From Planctomycetota bacterium (GTDB taxonomy: Bacteria > Planctomycetota > UBA8108 > SXIK01), in the NCBI GenBank assembly GCA_965223265.1, contig OZ244999.1, positions 8,768,001 through 8,832,000 of the forward strand: DNA of 64,000 bases, in the 5' to 3' direction. A program made the translations under genes and the position numbers. Under the pieces are notes generated by a model. That model saw only the letters and a program-made list of their open reading frames with translations, was not told the origin of the DNA and made no database searches. Shown one piece after another: positions 1 to 9,297 of this stretch (positions are counted from its first letter, which is position 1; every line of letters starts with the position of its first letter).

Positions 1-1277
1 CAGGCGCGCTGTTTGGCTCCCAGCATCGACAATCCCTTCTTGTATGGGTCGCTCTTGTCGTGCATTTGACGCTGGCCACGCGTGTCGAGCATGAAGAAGT
101 CGCAGTTGCTGACTGCGAAGCGGTAGTACGACAGACGTCCGATGGAGTAACTTTCTACGCCGTCTGCGGGCGGCGCCGGTGAGACGCGGATACGGTTGGC
201 GTCGATGACGTTGACGATCTCATACACACCGGCGTTCGGCGAACCGCCGACGCCGTCGAGCGCGTTGTCGTTGACGCCGGCCGTCTCCGTGCCCCAGTGG
301 ATGTGAAGGTTGTTCGTTTGGTCTAGATCGAGCTGTGAGAAATCAGCACGTGGATCAACGAGGATGTCGTTTCCGGCGCGTAGCTCGCCGATGCCAAAGT
401 GGATAGGCTGCGTAAAGGAGGTCGGATTGCTCCATGCGAGGTAGTCGTACCAGGCGCGAACGCCGATGTCTCTGAACACGGCGCGGCGGTCCCGAAGCCC
501 GGGAGTTCCCGCGCCCCACACGTCATTGAGGATTTCGTGATCGTCGTACGTGAAGAACGTGGGCATGACGCGATGCCACCGCGTCAGGTTCTGCCCCTTG
601 CTCAGAAAGTGCTTATAGTTCTGCCAAACCCCGACGATGGTGGGAGCGACACGGACGATCTCTGGACGCTCGTCGAACGCGATGCCCACCTGCGATGCCC
701 ACTGCGCCGGCGAGTACGAACGCTGCGCTTCGTAGAGCCAGTCGCCGTTGAGAATGGCGAAGTGAATCTTGTCGACGATTTCGCGCTGCATCGTCGCGAA
801 GGTCGGCAGCGCGGCGCCGCTGCTCTGGCGTGGATTTTGGTTGTTGCCGCAAGCGAACTCAAAACTGAAGTTGAAGAGGCCGCGCGGGTTCAACTCTGCG
901 TGTACGTAGTCCTGAGGGCGAGGTAGCGTGCGGAACCGGCCGCCCAGCCCGGTGCGTTCGTCGGTGCCGGGAAGCACGAGTTCGTAGTGATAGACCGTGT
1001 TGGGTTCAAGCTGCGACAGTTCGACCCAGCCGGTGTTGTCGTGATCGAGCCGAGTCGATTGATCTGGGCTTTGTCGAGTCAACCGCTCGGGCGAGCGTCC
1101 ATAGCGCACCGCGAAGGAACCGGGCTCTGCAGTCCGCGCCCAGACGCCGACGCTCGACGCCGTCAGCCGCCCGAGGATCGGTCCGTGGGTGACGTAGTTG
1201 AGTTCGTCCGCAGCGCTGGTTTGAAGCAGAGCGAGACTGAGGAGCATGCCACAGCGAAGGATTGATTGCTGATTCAC
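1..1277 (-). CDS. Alkaline phosphatase D (PhoD)-like metallophosphoesterase, secreted; 3' end outside the window
   Basis: Not in the ORF track because it has no stop in the window. Hand translation from GTG at 1277 (AGGAGA upstream) gives MNQQSILRCGMLLSLALLQTSAADELNYVTHGPILGRLTASSVGVWART, then FEFACGNNQN, FAILNGDWLYE, FFTYDDHEILND, FFMLDTRGQR and MLGAKQRA, all PhoD-type motifs; start and window-end motifs are in the same frame. Confidence 0.9.
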   Translation of the reverse strand, partial: MNQQSILRCGMLLSLALLQTSAADELNYVTHGPILGRLTASSVGVWARTAEPGSFAVRYGRSPERLTRQSPDQSTRLDHDNTGWVELSQLEPNTVYHYELVLPGTDERTGLGGRFRTLPRPQDYVHAELNPRGLFNFSFEFACGNNQNPRQSSGAALPTFATMQREIVDKIHFAILNGDWLYEAQRSYSPAQWASQVGIAFDERPEIVRVAPTIVGVWQNYKHFLSKGQNLTRWHRVMPTFFTYDDHEILNDVWGAGTPGLRDRRAVFRDIGVRAWYDYLAWSNPTSFTQPIHFGIGELRAGNDILVDPRADFSQLDLDQTNNLHIHWGTETAGVNDNALDGVGGSPNAGVYEIVNVIDANRIRVSPAPPADGVESYSIGRLSYYRFAVSNCDFFMLDTRGQRQMHDKSDPYKKGLSMLGAKQRA

Positions 1278-1355
1278 GGTGTCTCTCCTGGCGTGGGTTG
1301 GGGCGATCGTAGGGCGTGGTGATGCTCGTGTGCGAGCTGTCCGAGTCCGCTTGCG

Positions 1356-1549
1356 GTGTGAGTGTGAGTGTGAGTGTGAGTGTGAGTGTGAGTGTGAGTG
1401 TGAGTGTGCGGTCGTTCGTACGCTGCCCTCCTCCCTCACCGTCTCCTGTGTCTGCCTCTGCTTCCGTCTCCGTCTCTGTCTCTGTCTCTGCCTCTGCCTC
1501 TGCCTCTGCCTCTGCCTCCGTCTCTGCCTCTGTCTCTGTCTCTGTCTCC
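1356..1549. repeat. Two-block hexamer array: (GTGTGA)8 then about 16 x TCYGYC
   Basis: Read directly: GTGTGA block 1356-1408, TCTGTC/TCTGCC/TCCGTC block 1451-1549; intergenic. Confidence 0.95.
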
Positions 1550-1561
1550 ACCACCTCTTCG

Positions 1562-2701
1562 CTACTCAATCTCATCGAAAAAAGACAACTGCCTCCCCCC
1601 AGGCGGTCGAAAGAGTTTCGTCGTCAGCTCCAACCGCGCTCGCGACAATCCGGCACTCAGGCAGCCGAGGTCGAAAAGGCGTGCGATTTGTTCGGCGAAG
1701 ATTCCTTCGCCACGCATCCGCTTCTGGAAGCGTGTGTCGTTCAGCTTGCCGTCACGCAGGCTACGAATCCGACTGAGGATCTTTACCTTGCGATCGGGAT
1801 AGTGGTGTCCGAGCCACTCTTCGAAGAGTGGCCGCACCGTGTGCGGCAATCGCAGCACGATGTAGCCGGCGTGGCGGGCGCCTGCGTCGGCGGATCGTTT
1901 GAGGATCGAAGCGATTTCGTGATCGTTGAGAGCCGGGATCACCGGCGCGACGAGGACCCCGACGGGAATTCCAGCGTGGCTGAGTTCCCGGATCGCCTCG
2001 AGACGCCGCGCTGGTTGGCAGGTGCGCGGTTCGAGTTGGCGGTGGAGCTCGGGGCGGAGTGTCGTGATCGAGAGGAACACCGCGCAGAGTTTTTGTGCTG
2101 CGAGCCCGCTGAGGAGATCGATGTCACGTCGCACGAGGTGATTCTTGGTGACGATGACCACGGGGTTACGGAACTCAGCGAGCACCTCCAAGACCCGGCG
2201 GGTCAGGCGCAGTTTGCCTTCGATCGGTTGGTACGGATCGGTGACCCCGCTGAGGGCCAGCGGCTGCGGTGTCCACTTCGGCGCGGCGAGTTCGCGCCGC
2301 AGCAGCTCGGGCGCGTTCTCTTTGACGAGGACTCGAGTCTCGAAATCCAGCCCGGCAGAGAAGCCGAGGTATTCGTGCGTCGGTCGAGCGTAGCAGTAGA
2401 TGCAGCCGTGCTCGCAGCCGCGGTAAGGGTTAACGCTGGCGGAAAAGCCGACATCTGGGCTGCTGTTGTAGGAGATGACCGTGCGCGAGGTGTCGCTTAG
2501 AAACTGCGTGCGCGGCCTCGGCTCGGCGTCGACCTCGGGATCCAGACGGTCGGCCTCGAGCGTCTCAGGGTCGACCTCGTACGCCAAGGGGAGAAAGCGA
2601 CTAGCGGGGTTGCTTGCCGCGCCGCGGTTCCGCACGGGACGGGTCTCGCTCGGGTTCCCATGCTCAGAACGACTATGTCCCGAAGCGGGGCGTCCTGCCA
2701 T
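1562..2701 (-). CDS. Radical SAM protein, PA0069/Rv2578c (spore photoproduct lyase-like) family
   Basis: NPYRGCEHGCIYCYARP (CxxxCxxC), AGLDFET, SGVTDPYQPIE, LRLP motifs; AGGAG upstream of ATG 2701. Confidence 0.92.
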   Translation of the reverse strand: MAGRPASGHSRSEHGNPSETRPVRNRGAASNPASRFLPLAYEVDPETLEADRLDPEVDAEPRPRTQFLSDTSRTVISYNSSPDVGFSASVNPYRGCEHGCIYCYARPTHEYLGFSAGLDFETRVLVKENAPELLRRELAAPKWTPQPLALSGVTDPYQPIEGKLRLTRRVLEVLAEFRNPVVIVTKNHLVRRDIDLLSGLAAQKLCAVFLSITTLRPELHRQLEPRTCQPARRLEAIRELSHAGIPVGVLVAPVIPALNDHEIASILKRSADAGARHAGYIVLRLPHTVRPLFEEWLGHHYPDRKVKILSRIRSLRDGKLNDTRFQKRMRGEGIFAEQIARLFDLGCLSAGLSRARLELTTKLFRPPGGRQLSFFDEIE

Positions 2702-2754
2702 TGGCAACGACTCCTACGTGCGCGAGGTGTCCGCTCCTGAGAGAACCAGGTCGT

Positions 2755-3435
2755 TCAGGCGGTGTCCTGATTCATCTGGGCGATAAAGGCGTTCGCTTCG
2801 CCGACTGCTGCTTCCATCTCCTTGACGAGATCCGAAACCTCGTCTTCGATCTCAGTGAGCTCGTTTTTTAGCGACGAAATCGCCTGCGCGTTGAGGTGAT
2901 GCCGAAGAAACAGCACTTGGTCCTTGAATCTGTCGAGGACTGGCGGCATGCGACTCTCGGCTTTCCGCATGGCTCCGACGAGCTGTTGATATCTGTCTTT
3001 AGTGGTCTCAAGCTGTTCCGCGCTGAGACGCCGAAGCTTGCCGTCTGAGTATTCGTTGAGCTCGTTCTCCCACTCCGCGAAAAGATCTCCCGCGACGCCC
3101 TCAACGCTGGCTATCCGTTTACTGACCGCCTCGGCGCGGGAGAGGCTGCGCTCGTAGGCGCTGTTGAGTTCTTTGTACTTGGCTTCGAGCTCGCCGCCAT
3201 CGAAGTTGACGACACTACTAAACTTTTCGAGCGCCGTCTTGAACTGCTCCTTCGCCTCTTCTTGGCTGTCGCGAGCTTCTTCGACGTTCTCGACGAGTAG
3301 GTGCCGTTTGTCGTAACCAAGCATCTTCCACGCCCCGTAGCCGATACTCTTACACCCCACGCCTAGCAGTAGCAGACCAATAATGAGTGCACACGATGTG
3401 GCTTTGAGCACTGATTGACACGTTGTTTCGTACAT
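2755..3435 (-). CDS. DUF2959 family lipoprotein
   Basis: Lipobox GVGC; KRHLLVENVEEARDSQEEAKEQFKTALEKF and FKDQVLFLRHHLNAQAI motifs. Confidence 0.85.
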   Translation of the reverse strand: MYETTCQSVLKATSCALIIGLLLLGVGCKSIGYGAWKMLGYDKRHLLVENVEEARDSQEEAKEQFKTALEKFSSVVNFDGGELEAKYKELNSAYERSLSRAEAVSKRIASVEGVAGDLFAEWENELNEYSDGKLRRLSAEQLETTKDRYQQLVGAMRKAESRMPPVLDRFKDQVLFLRHHLNAQAISSLKNELTEIEDEVSDLVKEMEAAVGEANAFIAQMNQDTA

Positions 3436-3501
3436 GGATATGTCTACTCTGTTGTTCCTTTTGCGTGTTGGTTCAGAAAAGGTTGCGGCTGTCCGTTCTG
3501 T

Positions 3502-3849
3502 TCACGGAGATCCGTTCGCAGAGTTCACCGCAGAGACGTGCGGTTCGAGAATGTAGTCACTCTCGTGACCGTGAACAAGAATCACACCTTCTCCGACTTC
3601 GAAAACCTTACTCCGCTCCGAGTCGAAGCGCAAGGTGACACGGCAGCCTGACTTGCCGATCACCGTCGCGAGGCCGTCCTGGAGCGGTTGGAGGTTGTCT
3701 GTGCTCAACCCCTCGACCTTGACGATGCGCCCTTGAGTGACTGCATAGCCTTTGATGTCCTCGGCGTATTGGGTCGATGTCGTACCGCACGCCGAGAGGA
3801 ACGCCGCAGGCAAGATCAACCCACACAGGATCAAGAGGCGTCGCTTCAT
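3502..3849 (-). CDS. Hypothetical lipoprotein
   Basis: MKRR plus hydrophobic stretch and LSAC lipobox; ATGA overlap with the upstream TAXI gene. Confidence 0.75.
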   Translation of the reverse strand: MKRRLLILCGLILPAAFLSACGTTSTQYAEDIKGYAVTQGRIVKVEGLSTDNLQPLQDGLATVIGKSGCRVTLRFDSERSKVFEVGEGVILVHGHESDYILEPHVSAVNSANGSP

Positions 3850-5222
3850 GAAATCGCGTCTCCTTGTTGTTGCGTCGATGCAGCGCTGCGCACTTTGCGC
3901 CGCACAAGGTCGAGGTGAAGTCTCAAATGGTAGGCTTCGTCAGCGTACGACAAAGGCACCGAGACGTGCTCGATTTCCTTCTCGATCGTCGCGAGTCGAT
4001 CAAGCTGTCGGTTGACGTTCGCTTCGGAAGCATCCTCTGCGATACTCTTCTCGGCGGCTTCGAGTTCGCCGTACCAGCGATAGATTTTCGAGCGGACTTT
4101 CCATCGGTAAGTCGGCGGGACGATTTTGAAGAGCGGAATGAGGAGCGTCAGCAGCGGCAGAATCATGAACTTCAAACGATCGATCAGGTTTGCCGCCCAG
4201 AACGGGAGATATCTCTGCAAGAATGGAGGGCCAGACTTGAAATAGCGCACCGCTTCTTTCGGCAGCGGAAATCTCAGATACTTTGGTGACGGGAACTCCC
4301 CGTGGGCCTGCAGGACACTGGCACGCGAGTGTGTTTCGGTGGCGGCTTGAAGGAGAAGGCTCATGAGCGCGGGATGCAGTTCGGCGCGCGCCAGGAGAGT
4401 CGCCGCGGGCGCTATAAGAATCGTGTCGTGCGGCGGCAGGTCCGTTGCTGGATCGACGGTCCCCATCGGCAGCTCGACGCGCGAGAGGAAACGGTGCCGG
4501 CGAGTGTACGCCTCGGCGCGTTCGAGACTCATTAGATGAACTCCCGGCGTTGCGAGCAGCTCTCCGACGATCGGCGTGTCGATGGAAGCGACGAAGAGAG
4601 CGGCGTCGATGCTGCCGTCACGCAGCGACTTTGTCGCCGCCGCGGCGCTGAGCGGCAGTAGCGTGGTCGTCTCAGCCTCGATGCCGCAGTCGGTCAGCAG
4701 CAGGTCGGCCAGCGCCCGAGAGCCGCTACCTTCCAGGCCGACCGCAACGCGGCGACCACGAAACTCGGTGAGACGACTTGCGCCCCGATCCAGCCGGTGA
4801 AAAACCCATAGTGGCTCGAGATAAAGGCTGGCGAGGGAGACGATGCCCTCGTCCGCTGCGGGCTCGCCGAGTCCGCCCTGCACGATCGCGATGTCGACCC
4901 CCTCCGGCGCCTCAAGCTGTTGCAGGTTCTCCTCGGCGCCGTCGGTGGGGACGAGCTCGAGCTCTATGCGCTCACGCTCCAAGAATTTGCGGTATTGGAG
5001 TCCGACGCGGTGGTAGTGTCCTTCCGCGGCACCGGTAGCCATACGGATACTAGAAGGCGGCGCCGGCTCGACAAAAAGAAACGCGACGACGAGCGCGACG
5101 GCGGCGATGATCAACGTCGGCAGAAAGACTTTCAGTGAGTCGGAGTGGCGCGCGGTCTTGCGGGCACTGGGCGCGTTTGATCTCGACGGCGTCGGCTCTT
5201 TGTTCTCTTGCTTTTTCTTCAT
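3846..5222 (-). CDS. TAXI family TRAP solute-binding protein with C-terminal TM and coiled tail
   Basis: IRMATGAAEGHY, TDGAEENL, SLYLEPLWVF, GLEGSGS, GPPFLQRYLPFWAANL; start moved to ATG 5222. Confidence 0.85.
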   Translation of the reverse strand: MKKKQENKEPTPSRSNAPSARKTARHSDSLKVFLPTLIIAAVALVVAFLFVEPAPPSSIRMATGAAEGHYHRVGLQYRKFLERERIELELVPTDGAEENLQQLEAPEGVDIAIVQGGLGEPAADEGIVSLASLYLEPLWVFHRLDRGASRLTEFRGRRVAVGLEGSGSRALADLLLTDCGIEAETTTLLPLSAAAATKSLRDGSIDAALFVASIDTPIVGELLATPGVHLMSLERAEAYTRRHRFLSRVELPMGTVDPATDLPPHDTILIAPAATLLARAELHPALMSLLLQAATETHSRASVLQAHGEFPSPKYLRFPLPKEAVRYFKSGPPFLQRYLPFWAANLIDRLKFMILPLLTLLIPLFKIVPPTYRWKVRSKIYRWYGELEAAEKSIAEDASEANVNRQLDRLATIEKEIEHVSVPLSYADEAYHLRLHLDLVRRKVRSAASTQQQGDAIS

Positions 5223-5486
5223 CCCTGTCCAGCAGGCTGTAAAGCGTCCCCGCCGACGACGAACAGCGCGCATCTCTCGTTGCGCAGGCTCCTAGCCGAG
5301 CGACCAATCAATGAGCTGCGGCTACGAAGCCCACACTCTATCCCAAAGCCGGAACAACAGGGCTCAGGAATTTCCCGAAGCGCCGCGAGCAGTTCGCCGG
5401 TCGCCGCAGCCTCGGTGCCGGGGCTGCGAATGGGAGTACATCCTCGCGAGGCTGCCTTCCCAGGGCTGCTCGAGTTCGACAGTCTG

Positions 5487-6815
5487 CTAGCCTAGGAGTC
5501 CGGGGATACCCTGCGTCTCGTCGATGACGCCGGTGGCGTGCAGCTCTTCGAGATTGAGCCCCAGAAGATCGAAAACGCTCGCGACCAGGTTTCCAGGTGT
5601 GACGGGTTCCGTGATCGGATACGCCGCGTTTTCGTCGCTCGCACCAATCACTTGGCCGCCTGGGATGGGACCTCCGGCAAGCACGAAGGAGTAGACGTAT
5701 GGCCAGTGGTCGCGCCCGCGCGCGCTGTTGATCCTCGGCGTGCGTCCAAACTCGCCGGCAAGGAGTACGATCGTCTTCTCAAGGAGGCCGCGCTGCTTGA
5801 GGTCAGAGAGCAGCGCGCTCACGGTCTGGTCGAGCTGTGGAAGCTGGCGATCCTTCAGCTTGCGAAAGTTGTCGCTGTGATTGTCGAAGCCATAGTCCTG
5901 GATGGGATGTTCGCGCCAGTTGACTTGCACGAACCGGACGCCAGACTCGACGAGGCGGCGCGCCATAAGCACGCCTTGGCCGAACCTGTGACGACCATAG
6001 CGTTCTCGCGTGCCCGAGCTTTCGCGGGTCAAATCGAAAGCGCGTTTGGCTTCAGGGCTTGTCACCAGATTGAACGCTCGGCTATACGCTGCGTCGAGAA
6101 CACGCGTCTGATCGCTCTCGACGTCTCGTTGGAAATCCGTGATGGTGTCGAAGAGTCGCTGACGCTGCTGAATACGCTGCGCAGCAAGGCTCTGAGGTGG
6201 CGACAGCGAAGCGATCTCTTCGATCGGCTTCGACGCATCGACGACGCGCAGCGGCGAATGTCCGTTACCCAGGAAGCCGCCGTCCTGCCCGCGTGGTGTG
6301 ATCGGCTGGTCGATGAGACGCGGCCCGACGACGACGCTGCCGAGAGGTGCCTCGGCGGGGACGCCGAACTTGCTCACCGTCGCACCCATGTTCGGCCACT
6401 CTTTACCACGGATCACCTGGTTGCCGGTCATCATGAAGTGCGCCGCGCGCGGGTGTTCTACCTCTTCATGATGCGCTGAGCGAACGATGGTATAGAGATT
6501 CGCGATGCGTGCGAGCTGCGGCAAGAGTTCGCAGATCCCCGTGCCCGGAACACTCGTCGGAATCGGTTTGTAGGGGCCACGGAACTCCTGCTTCGCATTC
6601 GGTTTGAGATCAAACGTCTCTTGTTGCGGAGGTCCACCCCAGAGGAAGATGCTGATGCAGTTGAGGTCGCTCGACCTGTCTGCGATGCCGATCTCTTGCG
6701 CGCGCAGGAGACCAGGGAGCGAGAGGCCGAGAAAACTTGCTGCGCCGATCTGGAGGAATTCGCGGCGTTCGACGCCGGCGCAGGTGCGTTGTTCGTCTTT
6801 GCCGATCGGAATCAT
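5487..6815 (-). CDS. DUF1501 domain protein
   Basis: RREFLQIG, FLWGGPPQQETFDLKP, ARRLVESGVRFVQV, GEFGRTPRIN..GRDHW. Confidence 0.92.
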   Translation of the reverse strand: MIPIGKDEQRTCAGVERREFLQIGAASFLGLSLPGLLRAQEIGIADRSSDLNCISIFLWGGPPQQETFDLKPNAKQEFRGPYKPIPTSVPGTGICELLPQLARIANLYTIVRSAHHEEVEHPRAAHFMMTGNQVIRGKEWPNMGATVSKFGVPAEAPLGSVVVGPRLIDQPITPRGQDGGFLGNGHSPLRVVDASKPIEEIASLSPPQSLAAQRIQQRQRLFDTITDFQRDVESDQTRVLDAAYSRAFNLVTSPEAKRAFDLTRESSGTRERYGRHRFGQGVLMARRLVESGVRFVQVNWREHPIQDYGFDNHSDNFRKLKDRQLPQLDQTVSALLSDLKQRGLLEKTIVLLAGEFGRTPRINSARGRDHWPYVYSFVLAGGPIPGGQVIGASDENAAYPITEPVTPGNLVASVFDLLGLNLEELHATGVIDETQGIPGLLG

Positions 6816-6911
6816 CTGTTGTCTCGATTCTGGCCGCGACGCGCCGTCGCACGATCGCCGCGAGCGCGGATATTCTCCCTCAAAGTGCAGTCTGATGTTG
6901 CCATGTGCACC

Positions 6912-9251
6912 TCAGAATGCGAAGAGGAATTCCTTGGTGTTGAGGAGCGCCCAGAGCACGTCTTGAAAGAATTGGCGTCGTTGCCGGTGCGCTGGAACGT
7001 TCGAGCCCGCCGGACTGTCAGCGTCTTGCAGCGTACTAGAAGCTTTTAGCTGCGCAAGAATGCGTGCGCGTTCGGCCGGCCGAGGTGGACGCGAGAGCGA
7101 CCGCAGATAAATCGCGTCGAGCATCTCGGCGTCGTCCATTCCCGCTTGCAAGAGCTCATCGACAAGCTTGCCATCGGCGCTCACCATCGCATTCAGGAGC
7201 TCGCTGTTCATCAGCTCGAGCGCTTGGATCAAGTTCGGTTCCTGGACTCGTTCGCACTCGCACGAAGCCAATCGCCGGAGGGGGCGTCCGAAACTGTCGA
7301 GAAACGTCGAGGTGAACTTCGTGTCGGGTAGCTGCTGCGCGCGGAAATGGGCCGGCACGCCAGCGAACGATTCACGCTTACCTGTCACGTCCCCAAGTGC
7401 GTCGAGCAACTGCTCCGCCGTCATTCGTTGTGGTAGGTGATGGGAATAGAAACGCCTGTCGCCTCGATTCACCGCGGAAACTTGCGAACTCAGTTGATAA
7501 ACCTGTGAGTTCAAGATGCGTCGAATGAGGTGGCGCACATCGAATTCGTGCGCCTCGAAATCGCGGGCGAGCGCGTCGAGCAGTGCTTCGTTTGACGGCG
7601 GGTTCGAGGCGCGAAAGTCGTCGACCGGCTCGACAAGGCCGACCCCCATGAAATGGCGCCAGATGCGGTTGGCGGTCGCGCGCGCGAATTGCCGTCGTCC
7701 TGTCGTCGTGATCCACGTCGCGAGCTGTGCGCGGCGGGGCACGGCGGCTTCAGGAACGAATTCTTGGGCGCCGAGCGGTCGCGGTGGCATCGGGCGACCG
7801 CGTCTGGGATGATCGATTTCACCCTCATTGCGATCATGGATCACGAGTCCCGCAGGCGTGTTCTTGTTTCCCACTTGAGAGAAAAAGCTCGCCATGGAGT
7901 AGTAATCGTCCTGAGTCCACTTTTCGAACGGGTGATTGTGGCAGCGTGCACACCCGATCTGCACACCGAGGAAAACTTGTGACGTGGTCTCGGCGGCAAC
8001 CAGGGGCCACAGTTGTTGTTGGTTATAGACGCGCTGCAGTCGATAGTACGCAGCGCCACCGCGCTCTGAAACGTTTCCCGTACCGCTGATGAGCTCGCGC
8101 GCGACGACATCCCACGGTGTGTTGTTTTCGAAGTGTCGGCGCAAGAAACGGTTAAACGACCAAATCGCCTTTTCACCGATCCATTCCCTGCTGACGCGAA
8201 AAACGTCGCTCCACTTCTGCGTCCACATGTCGACGAACGCTCGGCTTTCGAGGAGCCGATCGACGAGGGTGGCTCGCTTATTCTTGCTGTCCTCCTTGAC
8301 GAACGAGGCCACGTCACGCGGGGTCGGTAGTTTGCCTGTGAGGTTGATGAAGACGCGGCGCAGAAACGTCGTGTCGTCACTCTGTGCGGACGGTTCGAGG
8401 CGTAGGCTTCGCCATTCGTCGATGACGATGTCATCGATGTAGTTGGTGCGTGGTAACGCGTCATAGTCGACTTTGGCAGCGGACTGAAATGGTACGCTGA
8501 TCTCCGCTGCAGCGACGACCCCTCGAAATTTGGCGCTGATCGCAGCCTTGCCTGGAGACCGCGCTTTCGCGATGCCGTCGGTGGTTACGGTTGCGACCTG
8601 AGTGTCATTGGTGTCATAGAGCGCCCACTCGGTGACGTCGCGTACGACGCCATTGGATAAGTACGCGTTGACACGGAGTTGAACAGTTCCCCCGATGTCT
8701 GTTCGCTGGCGTGACGGAGCGACCTCGAGGCGCACGACATGTGGGTCGGTCGCCTCAGGTGGTCGAGCACCTTGACGAATCCACTCGCGAACGATCGCGT
8801 AGCCATGTCCATCGCGCGGCAACACACGGCCGCCCTGATGCGGGAGAGTAAGACTTGACTTCAGTAAGATGAGGCTGTCGTCGGGCGACGCCGAGTTGAC
8901 GCGTCGGTCGAACAGATCGTGCGTGAGCGATGTGTAGTCGAGCTCTGGCGCGAATCCTTTCACCGACAGCAGGAGCCCTCCCTTTCCCGTCCGGCTGGCA
9001 TGACAACGTCCCTGGTTGCACCCCGCTTTCGAGAGGACTGGGAGGACGTCGGTGACAAACGAGAGACGACGGTTCTCGAGCTTCCCTGCCCCTTCCTGGA
9101 ACGCAGCAGCACGAGGGGCAGTCTCGGCGCGTGCAGTTCCCGGTGCTTTTGACTGGGCCGCCAGCCATGCCACCACGATGAGAGCCACAGCAGGAATCGT
9201 CGCGCAGCGACGACTTAACTGAGAGATTCGTTGAGACATTCCAGGGGTCAT
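6912..9251 (-). CDS. DUF1549/DUF1553 (PSD1) protein with Ig-like domain
   Basis: SKAGCNQGRCH, CARCHNHP, ANRIWRHFMGVGLVEPVDD, WALLNTKEFLF. Confidence 0.92.
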   Translation of the reverse strand: MTPGMSQRISQLSRRCATIPAVALIVVAWLAAQSKAPGTARAETAPRAAAFQEGAGKLENRRLSFVTDVLPVLSKAGCNQGRCHASRTGKGGLLLSVKGFAPELDYTSLTHDLFDRRVNSASPDDSLILLKSSLTLPHQGGRVLPRDGHGYAIVREWIRQGARPPEATDPHVVRLEVAPSRQRTDIGGTVQLRVNAYLSNGVVRDVTEWALYDTNDTQVATVTTDGIAKARSPGKAAISAKFRGVVAAAEISVPFQSAAKVDYDALPRTNYIDDIVIDEWRSLRLEPSAQSDDTTFLRRVFINLTGKLPTPRDVASFVKEDSKNKRATLVDRLLESRAFVDMWTQKWSDVFRVSREWIGEKAIWSFNRFLRRHFENNTPWDVVARELISGTGNVSERGGAAYYRLQRVYNQQQLWPLVAAETTSQVFLGVQIGCARCHNHPFEKWTQDDYYSMASFFSQVGNKNTPAGLVIHDRNEGEIDHPRRGRPMPPRPLGAQEFVPEAAVPRRAQLATWITTTGRRQFARATANRIWRHFMGVGLVEPVDDFRASNPPSNEALLDALARDFEAHEFDVRHLIRRILNSQVYQLSSQVSAVNRGDRRFYSHHLPQRMTAEQLLDALGDVTGKRESFAGVPAHFRAQQLPDTKFTSTFLDSFGRPLRRLASCECERVQEPNLIQALELMNSELLNAMVSADGKLVDELLQAGMDDAEMLDAIYLRSLSRPPRPAERARILAQLKASSTLQDADSPAGSNVPAHRQRRQFFQDVLWALLNTKEFLFAF

Positions 9252-9297
9252 CTTCGCGTCGCTCTGGACCTGAGTGGGACGACTCTTGGCTCCTGCG

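Noticed and set aside
1006-2500. ORFs with ET/EA, CE/CL and SV/SA repeats and the 394-aa + strand ORF
   Set aside because: Products of the hexamer array plus antisense shadow of the radical SAM and PhoD-like genes.
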